A DNA stretch of 64,000 nt from Malacoraja senta (lineage: Eukaryota): the NCBI GenBank assembly GCA_038087875.1, contig CM075989.1, positions 6,884,001 through 6,948,000 of the forward strand. The letters run 5' to 3'. How positions within the stretch are numbered: position 1 is the first letter of the stretch; each line of letters begins with the position of its first letter. The translations under genes and the position numbers were made by a program. The notes beneath the pieces are model-generated. The model was not told the DNA's origin and ran no database searches. It was given only the letters and a program-made list of their open reading frames with translations. This document shows positions 61,510-64,000 of this stretch, piece after piece.

Positions 61510-63980
61510 CCGAAGGTAGACACAAAATGCTGGAGTAACTCAGCAGGACAGGCAGCATCTCTGGAGAGAAGGAATGGGTGACGTTTTGGGTCGAGACCCT
61601 TCTTCAGACTGATGTCAGGGGAGTGGGTGGGACAGAGATAAAATGTAGTAGGAGACAGTAAGACTGGTGGGAGAACTGGGAAGGGGGAGTGGATGGAGAG
61701 AGAGGAAAAGCAAGGGCTATTTGAAGTTAGAGAAGTCAGTGTTCATACCGCTGGGGTGTAAACTACCCAAGTGAAATATGAGGTGCTGATCCTCCAATTT
61801 GTGCTGGGCCTCACTATGACAATGGAGGAGGCCCAGAACAGAAAGGTCAGATTGGGAATGGGAGGGGGAGTTAGTGCTGAGCAACCGGGAGATCAGGTAG
61901 GTTTAGGCGGACTGAGTGGAGGTGTTCAGCGAAACGATCGCCGAGCCTGCGCTTGGTCTCTCCGATATACAAGAGTCGACACCTGGAACATCGGATATAG
62001 TAGATGAGGTTGGAGGAGGTGCAAGTGAACCTCTGCCTCACCTGAAAACACTGTTGGGGTCCTTGGCCAGAGTCGAGGGGGGAGTTAAAGGGACAGGTGT
62101 TGCATCTCCTGCGGTTGCAGTGGAAGGTACCTGGGGAGGGGGTGGTATGGGTGGGAAGGGATGAGTTGACCAGGGAGTTGCGGAGGGAACTGTCTCTGCG
62201 GAAAGCAGAAAGGGGTGGAGATGGGAAGATGTGGCTAGTAGTGGGGTCCCATTGGAGATGGCGAAAATGTCGGAGGATAATGTGCTGTATGCGACGGCTG
62301 ATGGGGTGGAAGGTGAGGACAAGGGGGACTCTGTCGTTACGAATGGGGGAGGGGGAGCAAGAATGGAGCTGAGGGATATCGAGGAGACTCTAGTGAGAGC
62401 CTCATCTATAATGAGGGGAACCCACGTTCCCTACAGAATGAGGACATCTTCGATGATCTAGTATGGAAAACCTCATCCTGGGCGCAGATGCGGCGTAGAC
62501 GGAGGAATTGGGAGTAGGGGATAGTCTTTGCAGGAAGCAGGGTGGGAAGAAGTGTAGTCTAGATAGCTATGGAAGTTAGTGCGTTTGTAATATATGTCAT
62601 TCGATAGTCTGTGTCCTGTGATGGAGACGGTGAGATCTAGAATTGGTAGGGAGAAGTCGGTGATGGTCCAAGTGAATTTGAGTGCAGGATGGAAATGAGT
62701 CGTGAAGTTCAAGATTCAAGAGATTCAAGAGAGTTTATTGTCATGTGTCCCAGATAGGACAATGAAATTCTTGCTTTGCTTCAGCACAACAGAATATAGT
62801 AGGCATTGACTACAGAACAGATCAGTGTGTCCATATACCATTGTATAAATATATACACACATGAATAAATAAACAGATAAAGTGCAAATAAACAGATAAT
62901 GGTCTATTAATGTTCAGAGTTTTGTTTCAGTTGAGTTTAATAGCCTGATGGCTGTGGGGAAGTAGCTATTCCTGAACCTGGACTTTGCAGTCCTCAGGCT
63001 CATGTACCTTCTATCTGAAGGTAGCGGGGAGATGAGTGTGTGGCCAGGATGGTGTGGGTCCTTGATGATGCTGGCAGCCTTTTTGAGGCAGTGACTGCAA
63101 TAGATCCCCTCGATGGTAGGGAGGTCAGAGCCAATGATGGACTGGGCAGTCTTTACTACTTTTTGTAGTCTTTTCCGCTCCTGGGTGCTCAAGTTGCCGA
63201 ACCAAGCCACGATGCAACTCTACTGTGCACCTGTAGAAGTTAGAAAGAGTCCTCCTTGACAAACCAACTCTCCGTAATCTTCTCAGGAAGTAGAGGCGCT
63301 GATGTGCTTTCTTTATAATTGCATCAGTGTTCTCGGACCAGGAGAGATCTTCAGAGATGTGCACGCCCAGGAATTTGAAGCTCTTGACCCTTTCCACCAT
63401 CGACCCGTTGATATAAATGGGACTGTGGGTCCCCATCCTACCTCTTCCAAAGTCCACAATCAGTTCCTTGGTTTTGTTGGTGTTGAGGGCCAGGTTATTG
63501 TGCTGATGAAGTGAGTGAGTTCTGCATGGGTGCAGGAGGTAGCAGCGATGCAGTCGTCAATGTAGCGGAGGTAGAGTTCGGGGATAGGGCCAGTGTACGC
63601 GTGGAACAGGGATTGTTTGATGTACCCTACAAAGAGGCCGGCATAGCTGAGGCCCATGTGAGTGCCCATAGCTAAGCCTTGGATTTGGATGAAGTGGGAG
63701 GAGTCGAAGGTGAAGTTGTTAAGGGAAAGGACCAGCTCTGCTAGGCGGAGAAGTGTGTTAGTAGACAGAAATTGGTTGGTTCTGCAGTCGAGGAAGAAAC
63801 GGAGGGCTTTAAGACCTTCCTGGTGGGGGATGGAGGTGTAGAGTGACTGGACATCCATAGTGAAGATGAGGGAGTGGGGGGGCTGGAAAACGGAAGTAAT
63901 TGAAGAGACAAAGCAAGTTGATAGGAATCAGAACAAAATCAAAATATTGACCTTTCGGGTCGAGAACCTTCTTCAGACTG
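61510..63980 (-). mobile_element. Penelope-like element (RT + GIY-YIG), 5'-truncated and disrupted
   Basis: MDVQSLYTSIPH..GLAMGT..YLRYIDD; YYIRCSRCRLLYIGETKRRLGDRFAEH; hammerhead-type motifs at ~61580 and ~63950. Confidence 0.9.
62710..63503 (-). mobile_element. Rex1/Babar 3' fragment nested in the Penelope RT
   Basis: VERVKSFKFLGVHI..KKAHQRLYFLRRL..HPGH..; the Penelope frame LTHFI|NFTTHF is split at this point. Confidence 0.9.
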
Positions 63981-64000
63981 ATTCAATCTGGAAGCTGATT

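Overview
Repeat-saturated, non-coding vertebrate DNA. It is most likely cartilaginous fish (skate/ray/shark), inferred from the dominant HE1-like V-SINE and the CR1/Penelope/Rex1 repertoire. I found no host exon, tRNA/rRNA gene or CRISPR array, and most listed ORFs are spurious or TE fragments. Contents: many V-SINEs and CR1 fragments, two copies of one L1, Rex1/Babar, L2, RTE and Tx1 pieces, a Penelope-like element (RT + GIY-YIG), Harbinger-type MITEs, a probable Helitron with a 48-bp satellite, and a 200-N gap. Four observations stand out. (1) A 124-bp TSD-flanked retroposon (53198-53321, minus) starts exactly at G1 of a minimal CPEB3/HDV-like ribozyme fold; the catalytic C is T in this copy. 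(2) Many ~140-230-bp Penelope-derived inserts, mostly fold-backs, carry hammerhead-type cores and 12-16-bp TSDs. (3) An unclassified GC-rich non-tRNA retroposon family has covarying hairpins and a Rex1-type 3' end. (4) A young 1.5-kb gag-only gypsy element has near-identical LTRs. All calls are by eye, and the boundaries of old repeats are approximate.
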